From the NCBI GenBank assembly GCA_965216305.1, contig OZ244144.1:4172941-4236940 (forward strand): a DNA stretch of 64,000 nucleotides, written 5' to 3'. The position numbers and the translations under genes were made by a program. The DNA comes from Gammaproteobacteria bacterium. Lineage in GTDB: Bacteria; Pseudomonadota; Gammaproteobacteria; Ga0077536. This document shows, piece by piece, positions 1-9,500 of this stretch. The first letter of the stretch is position 1, and each line of letters starts with the position of its first letter. The notes beneath the pieces are model-generated. The model was not told the origin of the DNA. It ran no database searches and saw only the letters and a list, made by a program, of their open reading frames with translations.

Positions 1-1
1 C

Positions 2-1006
2 ATGTCAGGCTTTGCCCCGAACGCCTCGCGCGCCAATGCGCGCCCGCCGCGCCCTACCCCGCTGCTGCTATCAACCGCGAACGTGCACAAACGACGTCGC
101 CATGCCTGGCTGAGTGCAGCAATAGGGCGTCAGTATGCCGAGGTGGAAATCAGTGCGCCGAAACACACGGATCTGTTCAACGAGATGGCGATCTACCCCT
201 GGGGCGAGGGGCAGCTGTCCGTGATTCGTTCCAACCCGATCAGCTTGCACCGTGCCGCGTCCACGGTTGACCATTTGCGTACCGACGCCGTGTTCGTTGT
301 GATGCTGATCGATGGCGCGTACCGCCTGCGTCAGGATGGTCGTGAGGTCTGCCTGAGGGCAGGCGAGATTTCGCTGTATGACGTGCGGCGGCCACACCGG
401 ATCGATTGCCCACAACCGTTCTCCAAACTTGTTGTCCAGGTCCCCGGCGAGCTGATGCGTTCGCGCCTGCCGGCGATCGAGCGTTACACCGCGGTGAAGA
501 TTGGCTCCGACACGCCGTTCGGCACAATCGCCGCGACGTTCCTGCAACAGTCCCTGCGTAACATCTCGCGCCTCAACAACGCCGAACTCGGCAGTCTGGG
601 GCTGCTTTGTGTGGATATGCTCGCGAGCGCATTGATGCACGTCCAGCCCTCGCGCCAGGGCCGTTCGCGCGGACGCGCCGCGTCGCTTGCCGCGATCATG
701 GCGTATGTCGAATCGAACTTGCATAACCCCGGTCTGAATGCCGCGCGGATCGCCGCGGCAAGCGGATATTCGCAGCGTTACACCAATGAGTTGTTCAACG
801 CGCAAGGCACCTCTCTGATGCGCTACGTGTGGTCGCAACGCCTGGAGCACGCGCGCGACGCCTTGCGGTGCGGTCGCGCCGCTACGGGGTCGATCGCCGA
901 AGTCGCGCTACGTTGCGGTTTCAGCGATCCGGCGCATTTCAGCCGTGCGTTCAAACAAAAATTCGGCGTATCGCCACGCGCTTATCAAAGACGATACGAT
1001 TCGTAA
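2..1006 (+). CDS. AraC family transcriptional regulator (cupin-like sensor + AraC HTH); may be 5'-truncated by the window edge
   Basis: 334-aa ORF. C-terminal twin helix-turn-helix signature 'GYSQRYTNELF...IAEVALRCGFSDPAHFSRAFKQKFGVSPRAYQ' is typical of AraC/XylS regulators. The N-terminal part looks like a cupin-like effector domain. Confidence 0.75.
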   Translation: MSGFAPNASRANARPPRPTPLLLSTANVHKRRRHAWLSAAIGRQYAEVEISAPKHTDLFNEMAIYPWGEGQLSVIRSNPISLHRAASTVDHLRTDAVFVVMLIDGAYRLRQDGREVCLRAGEISLYDVRRPHRIDCPQPFSKLVVQVPGELMRSRLPAIERYTAVKIGSDTPFGTIAATFLQQSLRNISRLNNAELGSLGLLCVDMLASALMHVQPSRQGRSRGRAASLAAIMAYVESNLHNPGLNAARIAAASGYSQRYTNELFNAQGTSLMRYVWSQRLEHARDALRCGRAATGSIAEVALRCGFSDPAHFSRAFKQKFGVSPRAYQRRYDS

Positions 1007-1096
1007 GTTCCGTACAAACCACGAACGGGAAGTCAGCACCCGCATTAACGAATCGCGGCCGCGCCAGTGCGCGGCATAACCAGGGAGTTATCCGCA

Positions 1097-2755
1097 ATGC
1101 CCATTGATGTCGAGAATTTTCGTAACCGCCGTAACGACGACCGCTGGAACCGCATGTCCGTCGGCGACATCATCGAGCGCATGACCTGGAACGAGCCGGA
1201 CAAGCTCGCGATCATCATGACCCCGGACTGCACGGTTAATCCGCGCTACGCACGGGTTACCTACCGCGAAGCTAACCGGCTCATTAACAAGATCGCAAAC
1301 GCGCTCATCGCACTCGATCTGCCACCCGCTGCGCGGATCGCGCTCATGTGCGACAACTCTAACGAAGCCTGGCTGAGCAAAATCGCCATCGCGAAGGCCG
1401 GCTTCGTCGCCGCGCCGATCAACGTGATGATGGCGCCGGACGTCATCGCGGACACGCTGGCGCATGTCGGGGCGAATGTCGCCATTGTCGACCAGGTGCA
1501 ATGGACGAAGCTCGGCGGCGAACTTGGCGCCACCGGCATCCGGCCAATCATGGCGATTGGGACGGATCCGGATTACGGCATGCCCGGCTTTGACGCGTTC
1601 ATCGAAGGCCACAGCGAAAGCGAACCGGACGTGACGATTCATGCGGACGACATCTGGGAAATCCTGTTCACTTCGGGCACGACCGCGCGGCCGAAGGCCG
1701 TGATGATTTCCCATGCCTACAGTTACACCACCTGCTACAGCCACCTGCTCTCGTTCACGCGCGGCCTCGACCATGAAAGCGAGCTCAGGCACGCGACGTT
1801 CACACCGATGGTCTACCACATCGGCGATCACACCTGCATGCTCGCGCCGCTGCTCGCCGGCGGCACCGCGATCGTGGGACGCAAACCGGAAGGGCGCGAG
1901 ATGGCGGAGACAATTACGCGCGAACGGGTGAGCTGTTTGTTCGGTGGTTCGCCGCAATTCATCGAGAGTTTGCTCGGCGCCGTGCACGAAGCCCCGTTCG
2001 CGTACGATCTGAATTCGCTGACGGTGATGTATTTCGGCTGGGCGCCGCTGTCGCCCGGCACCTTGGCGGCGTTTCGCCGCCTGTGCCGCCCGCAGCTGAA
2101 AGTCTACGAGATCATCGGCCAGACCGAGGCCGTCGCCTGCCATCGCTTTTATATCGATCGCCATCCCGAGATGTATCTGCGCGAGGCACCGGCGATTAAT
2201 CACGTCGGCAAACCGAGCCCGATCATGGCCGCCACGGTCTTTGACGAGGACGACAACGACCTGCGCGGACAGCCCGGCGTGCCCGGCGAGGCCGTTTACC
2301 GCTCGCCGGCGATGTTCTCGGGCTACTATCGCGATCAGGCCGCGACGGAAGAAGCGCTCAGAGGCGGCTGGTTTCATTCCGGCGACAGCTTCGCCTACCA
2401 CGACGACGAGATCCGCCTCATGGTTGATCGTTACAAGGATATCGTGAAATCGGGCGGCGAGAATGTCTCCAGTATCCGGGTTGAAACGGTGCTGCAACAA
2501 CACCCGCAGATCGCCCGCGCCGCGGTCGTCGGCATTCCGGACGACCGCTGGGGCGAAGCCGTCACCGCGTGCGTCATCCCCGCGCAAGCCGGCGCGGTCG
2601 AAGTTGATGAGCAGGCCATCATCGCGTTCGCGCGCGAACGCCTCGCCGGCTTCGAGACGCCGAAGCGGATCGTCGTTGTCGACGAGTTTCCGACCACCGT
2701 CGGCGGCAAGATCCTGAAGTACAAATTGCGCCAGTTTCTTGCGGACAATTCATAA
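1097..2755 (+). CDS. AMP-dependent synthetase/ligase (acyl-CoA synthetase, FadD-like)
   Basis: AMP-binding P-loop 'LFTSGTTARPKAVMISH' and C-terminal 'GGKILKYKLR'. ATG at 1097 is preceded by GGGAG (1083-1087). The ORF-track start at 1067 is less likely. Confidence 0.8.
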   Translation: MPIDVENFRNRRNDDRWNRMSVGDIIERMTWNEPDKLAIIMTPDCTVNPRYARVTYREANRLINKIANALIALDLPPAARIALMCDNSNEAWLSKIAIAKAGFVAAPINVMMAPDVIADTLAHVGANVAIVDQVQWTKLGGELGATGIRPIMAIGTDPDYGMPGFDAFIEGHSESEPDVTIHADDIWEILFTSGTTARPKAVMISHAYSYTTCYSHLLSFTRGLDHESELRHATFTPMVYHIGDHTCMLAPLLAGGTAIVGRKPEGREMAETITRERVSCLFGGSPQFIESLLGAVHEAPFAYDLNSLTVMYFGWAPLSPGTLAAFRRLCRPQLKVYEIIGQTEAVACHRFYIDRHPEMYLREAPAINHVGKPSPIMAATVFDEDDNDLRGQPGVPGEAVYRSPAMFSGYYRDQAATEEALRGGWFHSGDSFAYHDDEIRLMVDRYKDIVKSGGENVSSIRVETVLQQHPQIARAAVVGIPDDRWGEAVTACVIPAQAGAVEVDEQAIIAFARERLAGFETPKRIVVVDEFPTTVGGKILKYKLRQFLADNS

Positions 2756-3080
2756 ACGCTGCTGCTGAAATCACCCACAGGCTATAGACAAAAAATAACG
2801 GCATCGGCACCACGGGCGGACCCGGCCTCAGGGTGTGGGTCGCAATATCAAAGCTGCTTGCATAAACTGCAATGGGCCGGGAGAGCGCAATGTACGGAGG
2901 AAAAAGCAATGCTGAACACGGAGATCAAGCGCGTCCGTAGAAGGCTTTCATGCAAAACAGCTTTTCGTCGCGCCGTGTTTATACCGGGCTTTTTCCATCG
3001 GGCCTCCCGCTGCTGGCGCAGGCAGGCTATGTGACGAAAAATCAGGTGGATTTGCGCCGCTCTCCTATGAGCGCAGTAGA

Positions 3081-3830
3081 TTGGCCCAAAGTCCGACAGC
3101 CTGCCAGGCCCGGACCGAACCGCACCCTCGTTCTGCTTTCGTTGGTGACGGCCCCGTGAACAGGGCACCCATCGGCGATCCCGGTAACATCCAGCAACGG
3201 CTTGAGGACGCGTGCTCCACGGCACGAACCCTGCGCCACCGCGATGGCGCCACGCTCTACCGGCAAGGCGAGGTTTCCTCGCAATCGTTCCTTGCGATCA
3301 CCGGTCGTATCAAACTCACGCGGCTCAGGCCCGATGGTCAGGCCTGCGTGGTCGCCATCGTGAATGCAGGCGATTTTTTTGGCTTGCCGCTTCACGTCAC
3401 TGAACCGGCGCCGCTGCCGGACACGGCGCTTGCCAAGGGAGCTGTGGTTGTCTGCCGGATCGATACGGCTGAACTGATGCGAGTGTCGATGGACGATCCG
3501 GTGCTGGCGACGCATCTCGTTCGCAGCGCAAGCAAGCGCCTCGCGTTTTCCGAATGGCGCATCGATTGTTTGTTGGCCCACAGTATCGAACAGCGCGTTG
3601 CGGCGATGCTGGTGCAGCTCGCAGGCGCTTACGGTGGACGCTGCAGACACGGTCACGAGATCGACATGAAACTGACACAGCAGGAACTGGCGGAATTCGT
3701 GGGCGCTACACGCCCGGTGGTGAGTTCGATTATGAACCGCCTGCGCGAACAGAATATCGTGCATTACACCCGCACTTACATTTGCATTGAGCAACTGGAA
3801 GTCCTGCAACGCATCGGGGAGTTGGCATAA
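3081..3830 (+). CDS. Crp/Fnr family transcriptional regulator (cNMP-binding-like beta-roll + C-terminal HTH)
   Basis: C-terminal HTH 'LTQQELAEFVGATRPVVSSIMNRLREQNIV'; N-terminal effector-domain motif 'LYRQGEVSSQSFLAITGRIKL'. Start is uncertain (TTG at 3081 or GTG at 3156). Confidence 0.7.
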   Translation: MAQSPTACQARTEPHPRSAFVGDGPVNRAPIGDPGNIQQRLEDACSTARTLRHRDGATLYRQGEVSSQSFLAITGRIKLTRLRPDGQACVVAIVNAGDFFGLPLHVTEPAPLPDTALAKGAVVVCRIDTAELMRVSMDDPVLATHLVRSASKRLAFSEWRIDCLLAHSIEQRVAAMLVQLAGAYGGRCRHGHEIDMKLTQQELAEFVGATRPVVSSIMNRLREQNIVHYTRTYICIEQLEVLQRIGELA

Positions 3831-3859
3831 CGTCCAACGAGCCCGGCGCGCTGGCACCC

Positions 3860-3875
3860 GCGCTTGTTTTGTCAT
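3860..3875. promoter_or_regulatory. Perfect 16-bp palindrome TGTCAT-N4-ATGACA upstream of the P460-like gene; candidate Crp/Fnr-family operator
   Basis: Sequence tgtcatctacatgaca lies about 75-90 bp upstream of the 3951 start. The 5-6-5 reading TGTCA-N6-TGACA resembles the CRP-type half-site arrangement TGTGA-N6-TCACA. Confidence 0.3.
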
Positions 3876-3950
3876 CTACATGACAGACCGCGCGTGCGTA
3901 AAGCCCTACCCTGCATCGCACTTCACCCAACATATTACGAGGAGACTGAA

Positions 3951-4505
3951 GTGCGTATGCGAATCTTGTCCGCTCTACCCATCCTGCTTGTCGCCATGAG
4001 CTTCGTCGAGGTGCATGCCTTTTCGCCGTACGTCGACGCGGACGGCAATATTTCCCGGCCCGAGATCGAGCGCGCAAACTGGGAGCATTTAGGCAGTTGG
4101 TACGTGCCGAGCGATGCCGGCGCGGCCGGTCCCGGGTTTCACGACGTTTATGCCTCACCCGGAACATCGGAAGCATTCAGACAGACTGGACGGTTTCCCG
4201 ATGGCGCAGTGCTGTTAAAAGAAGTACGCGCGGTCGAGAACAAGCCGCTGACCACAGGCAACGCCCACTGGGCCGGCGAAACGGGTGTGTGGTTCGTCAT
4301 GATCAAGGACGACAAGAACCGCTTTCCCGCTAATCCCGTGTGGGGCGAAGGTTGGGGTTGGGGCTTGTTCACCGCGGCGGCGCCCGCCGTGAATGTTACG
4401 GGGAACTGGAAGCAGGGCGACGGCCTTGGTAACTGCCACGTCTGTCACCTGCCGGCCAAAACTACCGACTGGGTTTACACGGAAGGCTATCCCTCGCTGC
4501 GATAA
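3951..4505 (+). CDS. Secreted haem-c protein, cytochrome P460 / cytochrome c'-beta-like (single CxxCH near the C-terminus)
   Basis: RBS GAGGAG at 3939-3944, then GTG 3951 / ATG 3957. Signal peptide 'MRILSALPILLVAMSFVEVHA'. Single haem-binding motif 'CHVCH' close to the C-terminus. Size about 180 aa, as in the P460 family. Confidence 0.45.
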   Translation: MRMRILSALPILLVAMSFVEVHAFSPYVDADGNISRPEIERANWEHLGSWYVPSDAGAAGPGFHDVYASPGTSEAFRQTGRFPDGAVLLKEVRAVENKPLTTGNAHWAGETGVWFVMIKDDKNRFPANPVWGEGWGWGLFTAAAPAVNVTGNWKQGDGLGNCHVCHLPAKTTDWVYTEGYPSLR

Positions 4506-4611
4506 GGGGCGTTATCGCGGTGCAGGCGCTGACGTCGCCTGTGCGCAGCCAGTTGCAGTGGAACGGCTTTTTGCTGACGCCGCCGCGTCCCTCACGTCGC
4601 GTGGTGGCGTT

Positions 4612-5334
4612 TCAGCCCCCGGACTTCTCGCCGGCGGAGAACCCGAACCGCTCCCCCGCTGCCCACGCGCGGCGGTCGTTCCCGTGATTCGGGATCCCGC
4701 CGGCGCCTTTCAGCATCAGCGCGAGGTGCATGCAGTTCCAGACCATGATCGTCGTGTTGCGTTGCGTGAAGTCGTTGTCGAATCCGGCGCGTTTACCGCC
4801 ATCAATCTCGTCACCATATGATGGCCCCGGGCCTGCTTCGCCAATCCAGCCGCAATCCGCCTGCGGCGCGAGCGTGTAGCCCAGATGATTCAGCGCGAAT
4901 CCAATCGTCATCGCAGTATGTTTGATTCCGTCTTCGTTGCCGGTGATGACACTGCCGCCGACTTTGCCGTAATAAATCGATTGCCCGTGTTCGTTAAGCT
5001 CACCGGACATCGCATAGAGCCGCTCGATCAGAACGCGGCACAGCGAACTTTCCTCCCCCAGCCACAAGGGTGTGCCGATGATAAGGATGTCGGCTGCCAA
5101 TACCCTTTCCCACATTGCCGGCCATGGATCCCGCGGCCAGCCGTGCGCCGTCATGTCCGGGTAGACCCCTGGCGGTACGTCGTGCGCGGCCAGATGCAGG
5201 TGGTCGACGCCAACACCAGCTTCACTCATGATCCCCGCGGCGGCGTTGAGCAGCAGTTGCGTGTGGCTTTCGCTGGCTTGGCGCTTTAGCGACGTGTTGA
5301 CGAAAAGCGCTTTCAGGTCGGAGAAATCGGACAT
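4612..5334 (-). CDS. Flavodoxin-like fold NAD(P)H-dependent FMN reductase family protein
   Basis: Start 'MSDFSDLKALFVNTSLKR' at 5334 with RBS AAGGTG; the 359-aa track ORF is over-extended upstream. Motif 'ADILIIGTPLWLGEES' is typical of NADPH-dependent FMN reductases. Confidence 0.7.
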   Translation of the reverse strand: MSDFSDLKALFVNTSLKRQASESHTQLLLNAAAGIMSEAGVGVDHLHLAAHDVPPGVYPDMTAHGWPRDPWPAMWERVLAADILIIGTPLWLGEESSLCRVLIERLYAMSGELNEHGQSIYYGKVGGSVITGNEDGIKHTAMTIGFALNHLGYTLAPQADCGWIGEAGPGPSYGDEIDGGKRAGFDNDFTQRNTTIMVWNCMHLALMLKGAGGIPNHGNDRRAWAAGERFGFSAGEKSGG

Positions 5335-5769
5335 GGGCACCTTTATACGGGCTTGTATGCGAGCGGCGCAACCGAATTGAACGGAACCCTTGCTGCCGGC
5401 TGAGCGCAACCCGTGCGCATTCTTTTCCGGCAAGGCGACCAAATCACGGCCGATCGGCTTTCGTGGATTCGCCAGTAATCGATCTTCTTTCAGCCAGGGG
5501 GTGGATCTCCGCACGCCGGGATCGCCATGCGCGCGCAATATCAGCAGTGCAAGCGTTGGTAACGCGATGACGTGCGTTGGCGTCTGACAAATCCGGCATA
5601 CTGATCCGGCCCGACGCGGGTTCGGTCTTTGCTTAAGGGAAAAAGGGTTCAGGCAGCTACGCAGCGCGCACCATGACCACGGCCGCCGCAAGATTACCAG
5701 GTGCTCAACGCGCCAGGCCCTGGCCGCGAAACCCTGACCATACTATTTACCATAAACGGAGCGCAGAGC

Positions 5770-6522
5770 ATGAAAAGCATCGCGATATTCGGCGCCACCG
5801 GCGGCCTGGGGGCGGACATCGCCGCGACCCTGGCGCAGCGCGCGGCGGTTTGTCTCGGTTACGGGCAGAACCAGGGCCGGGCGGATAAACTCGCGCGCGA
5901 TATCGAGGCTGCCGGTGGCAAAGCCGCCGTGCAACAGGTTGATATCCGCGACTCGGCGTCGGTCAAAAATTTCATTGCCACGGCCGCCGCGCTAGCCGAC
6001 GGCCTCGAGGCGATTGTGTTCGCCACCGGGCCGGCGTTGGCGCTGAAACCGCTCGTCGAAGTCAGCGACGAGGACTTTGATCGCATCTACCGCACTGACG
6101 TGCGTGGCGCATTCAATGTGATCAAGCACGGCGCGCTGGCGCTGAAGGATACCGGCGGCGGCAGTATCGTCATGATTCTCACCACCGCCGTGCTGCGCAC
6201 ACTCGAACACGACGGCATGTCCGGTGGGCCAAAAACCGCCGTTGCCGCGCTCATCAAACAGACGGCGCGCGAGATGGGACCGTACAACGTCCGCTGTAAC
6301 GGGCTCGCGCTCGCGGTGATCGATGCCGGCATCATCTATGCCGACAACCTCGTCAGCGACCCTTACGCCCAGGGCGTAATCAACGCAATGGTAAGCAACA
6401 CGCCGTTGGGTCGCATGGGGCGGCCGGATGAAGTTAGCGCGGTCGTGGATTTTCTCGTGTCGCCGGGCGCGGGATATATCAACGGGCAGATTATCGGGGT
6501 GGATGGCGGGTTCAGCGCCTGA
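5770..6522 (+). CDS. SDR family NAD(P)-dependent oxidoreductase
   Basis: Rossmann motif 'IAIFGATGGLGADIA'. ATG at 5770 is preceded by GGAG. Confidence 0.8.
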   Translation: MKSIAIFGATGGLGADIAATLAQRAAVCLGYGQNQGRADKLARDIEAAGGKAAVQQVDIRDSASVKNFIATAAALADGLEAIVFATGPALALKPLVEVSDEDFDRIYRTDVRGAFNVIKHGALALKDTGGGSIVMILTTAVLRTLEHDGMSGGPKTAVAALIKQTAREMGPYNVRCNGLALAVIDAGIIYADNLVSDPYAQGVINAMVSNTPLGRMGRPDEVSAVVDFLVSPGAGYINGQIIGVDGGFSA

Positions 6523-6544
6523 GTGTTGCCGGCTAAGCCGATTC

Positions 6545-9500
6545 CTAGGAGATGATCACGGTGATATCCGGATCAACGAGGAGTTGCGCGCCAATATCAC
6601 CGTGACCGTAGCTCGCGTAGCTGATCCCACCGATATCAACGGCATCGCCCTGCTGCCAGCCCTGCCCGGTGGATTCAACGGTGTCGCCACTGTCACCCTC
6701 GATGCGGAGTTGGCGTGTTGGCGCGTCGTCGAACAATGCGGCACGGTCCGGTAGTGCCAGTACATCGTGAATGTCGAATTTAACGGTATTGTTCCCGCTG
6801 CCGGTGAGGTCGATGACCTCGATGTTCTCGATATTGCGCGCATTATCGAAGTCGAGAACGAGCCCGGCGCCGGTAAATAACAAAGTATCGACGCCGCTGC
6901 CGCCATCAACTTTTGCCGTATCAGCCGGGTCGTAGATTAGCGTGTCGTCGCCGGCGCCGCCGTTCAGGGTGTCGTTACCCGCGCCGCCATCGAGCACGTC
7001 ATCCCCGCGTCCGCCAACAAGGATTTCGTCGTCTTCAGTGCCGGTCAGAGCGTCGTTCTCATCCTGCCCGAGAAAGTCCACCTTATCCGCAAAATCGCGT
7101 CCGAAAACCACGAACTCTTCGTTCGAAGTGTGTGTACCCGAGGTCCCGGAGTCGAGGTAAATATCGTCGAAACCGTCGCCATTGACGTCGCCGAGCGCAA
7201 CCACGACCTCGCCACGCGCCTGGTGACGGGCATAGCCGTCCAGGTAAACACCGTCACTCGTGCCCAGATTGTCGATGTCGACGCTGCCGGACTGATCCGG
7301 CGCGCCGAATACGATCGATACGCGGCCGGCGTTGTCGCGGCCATCGATGAGGTATTGCGGAGAACCTACCGCCAGATCGGCGTAACCGTCACCGTTAACA
7401 TCGCCGACCCCGAATACCCGGGCATCGAACGTGCTCTGGAATGTTGTGTGCGTGATCGCGAACCCGGCCTCGGGGCGTGATCCGTCGAGCAGGTATTGGA
7501 GGTCGTACAGTGCGCCGAACGCCTGTCCGCCGTAGACGACGGCGCCCGTCGTCCAGGTGTCTCCGCCGATGCTCCGGGTGTTTACCCGGACGACGAAGTC
7601 GTCGATGCCGTCGCCGTTGAAATCGCCAAGCGTATCGAACCAGCCGTCGCGCAAATCAACCGGATCTTCGTGCTCGTAGATGACGAACCCGTCCGCGCCC
7701 GGCGTAAAATCGCTGCTGTTCAGATCCGTTTGCGGATTTGCCGACGCGCCGCCAAAGACGAAGAACAATCCGCTCGCATGATGGGTGAGCGCGGAACGCG
7801 CGTCGACGACGATGTCGTCGTAGCCATCGCCATTGAAATCACCGCTGCGCAAGATTTCATAGCCCGGGCCAGGTGTCTGTCCGCTGTCGCCCGGCCGCGA
7901 TGCGGTGATGGTAAGCGCAAGCGATGGATCAAATTCCGTCGCCGCCGCATCCGTGAGTACCGCGACGCCGCCGAACCCTTCCGGTCGGCCCAGCACGATG
8001 TGTAATGTCCCGTTGTCGGAACGCAAGCCTTCGACGACGGCGAAATCCGCATAGCCATCGCCGTTGACGTCACCGACATCATGAACGAACCGCCCAAGGT
8101 CGTTGTACTCACCTGACCGAGAGGTAAACAACGTACCGCCCTGAGCCGCGTCACCCGCGGTTTCGATGTCGGCGAGGCCCGCAATTGAACCCGGGGCGCT
8201 GCCGTGCACAAGGATCACTTTGTCGTTGTAGAAGGAAGTGACGAGAAAATCGTCGTAACCATCGCCGTTGATATCGCCGAGCGCTGCTCCGGTTGTGTAG
8301 GGGTTATATCCCGATGCGAAAGCCGAGTCGTAATCGATTGCGGCGTGCAGATCGCCGGCATTCGCCACGCTGACCAGGCCGCCGCCGATGATGGCGACGT
8401 CGCGCTCGCTGTCCCCGTTTATGGCGATGAAGTCGGCGAACCCGTCACCGTCGAAATCGGACCCCGCGCTGATTTCGTGCGCGATGGTGAGGTCGAAATA
8501 ATAGCCGGCGCTGCCATCGCCGCCGTTCGCCTCCAGCAACGACGTCAGCGTCTCGTGTCCATCGAACGCGTCGAACACAATCGACCCGGTCGCCGTCGTC
8601 ACCGCCCCGCGATCGTCCGTTGCGGTGATCTGCAATGCTTTGTCGCCGAGCGCACTGCCAGGCGAGGTGTGGGTATACACAACATCACGCAAGAATCCGT
8701 ATGGTGTAACGTTGGCGATGTCCGGATCGATTTGTACGGTGAGTGTTCCGTTCTGACTATCGAAATCGGCCGTGATCCCGGCGACCTCCGGCGCAAGCAA
8801 CAAATCCAGTCCCGGTGAGTAGTCTCCGACTATCCGCATGATGACTTCCTCAATATGGCCATCAACGTCGTGGAGTCGATTCAGGGAAATACGCGCCGGT
8901 TGACCATATTCCGTGAATGCGGCTGCGATTGGACCAAGGGAGGAATAAAACTCGACGTCCGGTGCATCGTTGACGCCGACAAGCCGCAACGCCACCGTCG
9001 CCTGTGCCGTGCGACCCCAGGCATCCGTGACGAAATACGGTATGTCGAATAATTGCGTCTCGCCCTCCGCGAGCCAGTGCGCCGAGCCGTCCGCGTTGAT
9101 CTGTACGCGGATCTGGCCGCTCTCGTCGATGCTCAAAAACATCGGTGTCCGAATATACGGGTCGAGTCCAGTCGCTTGCAGTTGCAGCAGCGACGGGTCA
9201 CCGAGCAGGTGATCGTTGTCGAGGACGCTCGGCGTTATGTAGATCTCGGTGTCCTCGTCGAGATCGAACGCGGGTGTGGCACCATCGTCAAGCAATGTGA
9301 GCGGGGGTAAACCGGCGGTGACGCCGGTCTCGACAAGTAGCTCCGCGGCACCGGCGGCATAGCGAACGTAATCGACGCCTTCGAATTCGACCGCGGTGGG
9401 TGGACCAAACATTGTCTCGTCGAAAACGACGAAATCGCCGGTGTCGCCCACCACGCGCAGGCTGTGCGCGCTATCGGTCAGACGCAGCAAGGTGTCGAAA

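Noticed and set aside
1088-2587. 499-aa minus-strand ORF
   Set aside because: Antisense to the well-supported acyl-CoA synthetase gene. Arg/Gly/Asp-rich, as typical for wrong-frame translation of GC-rich DNA.
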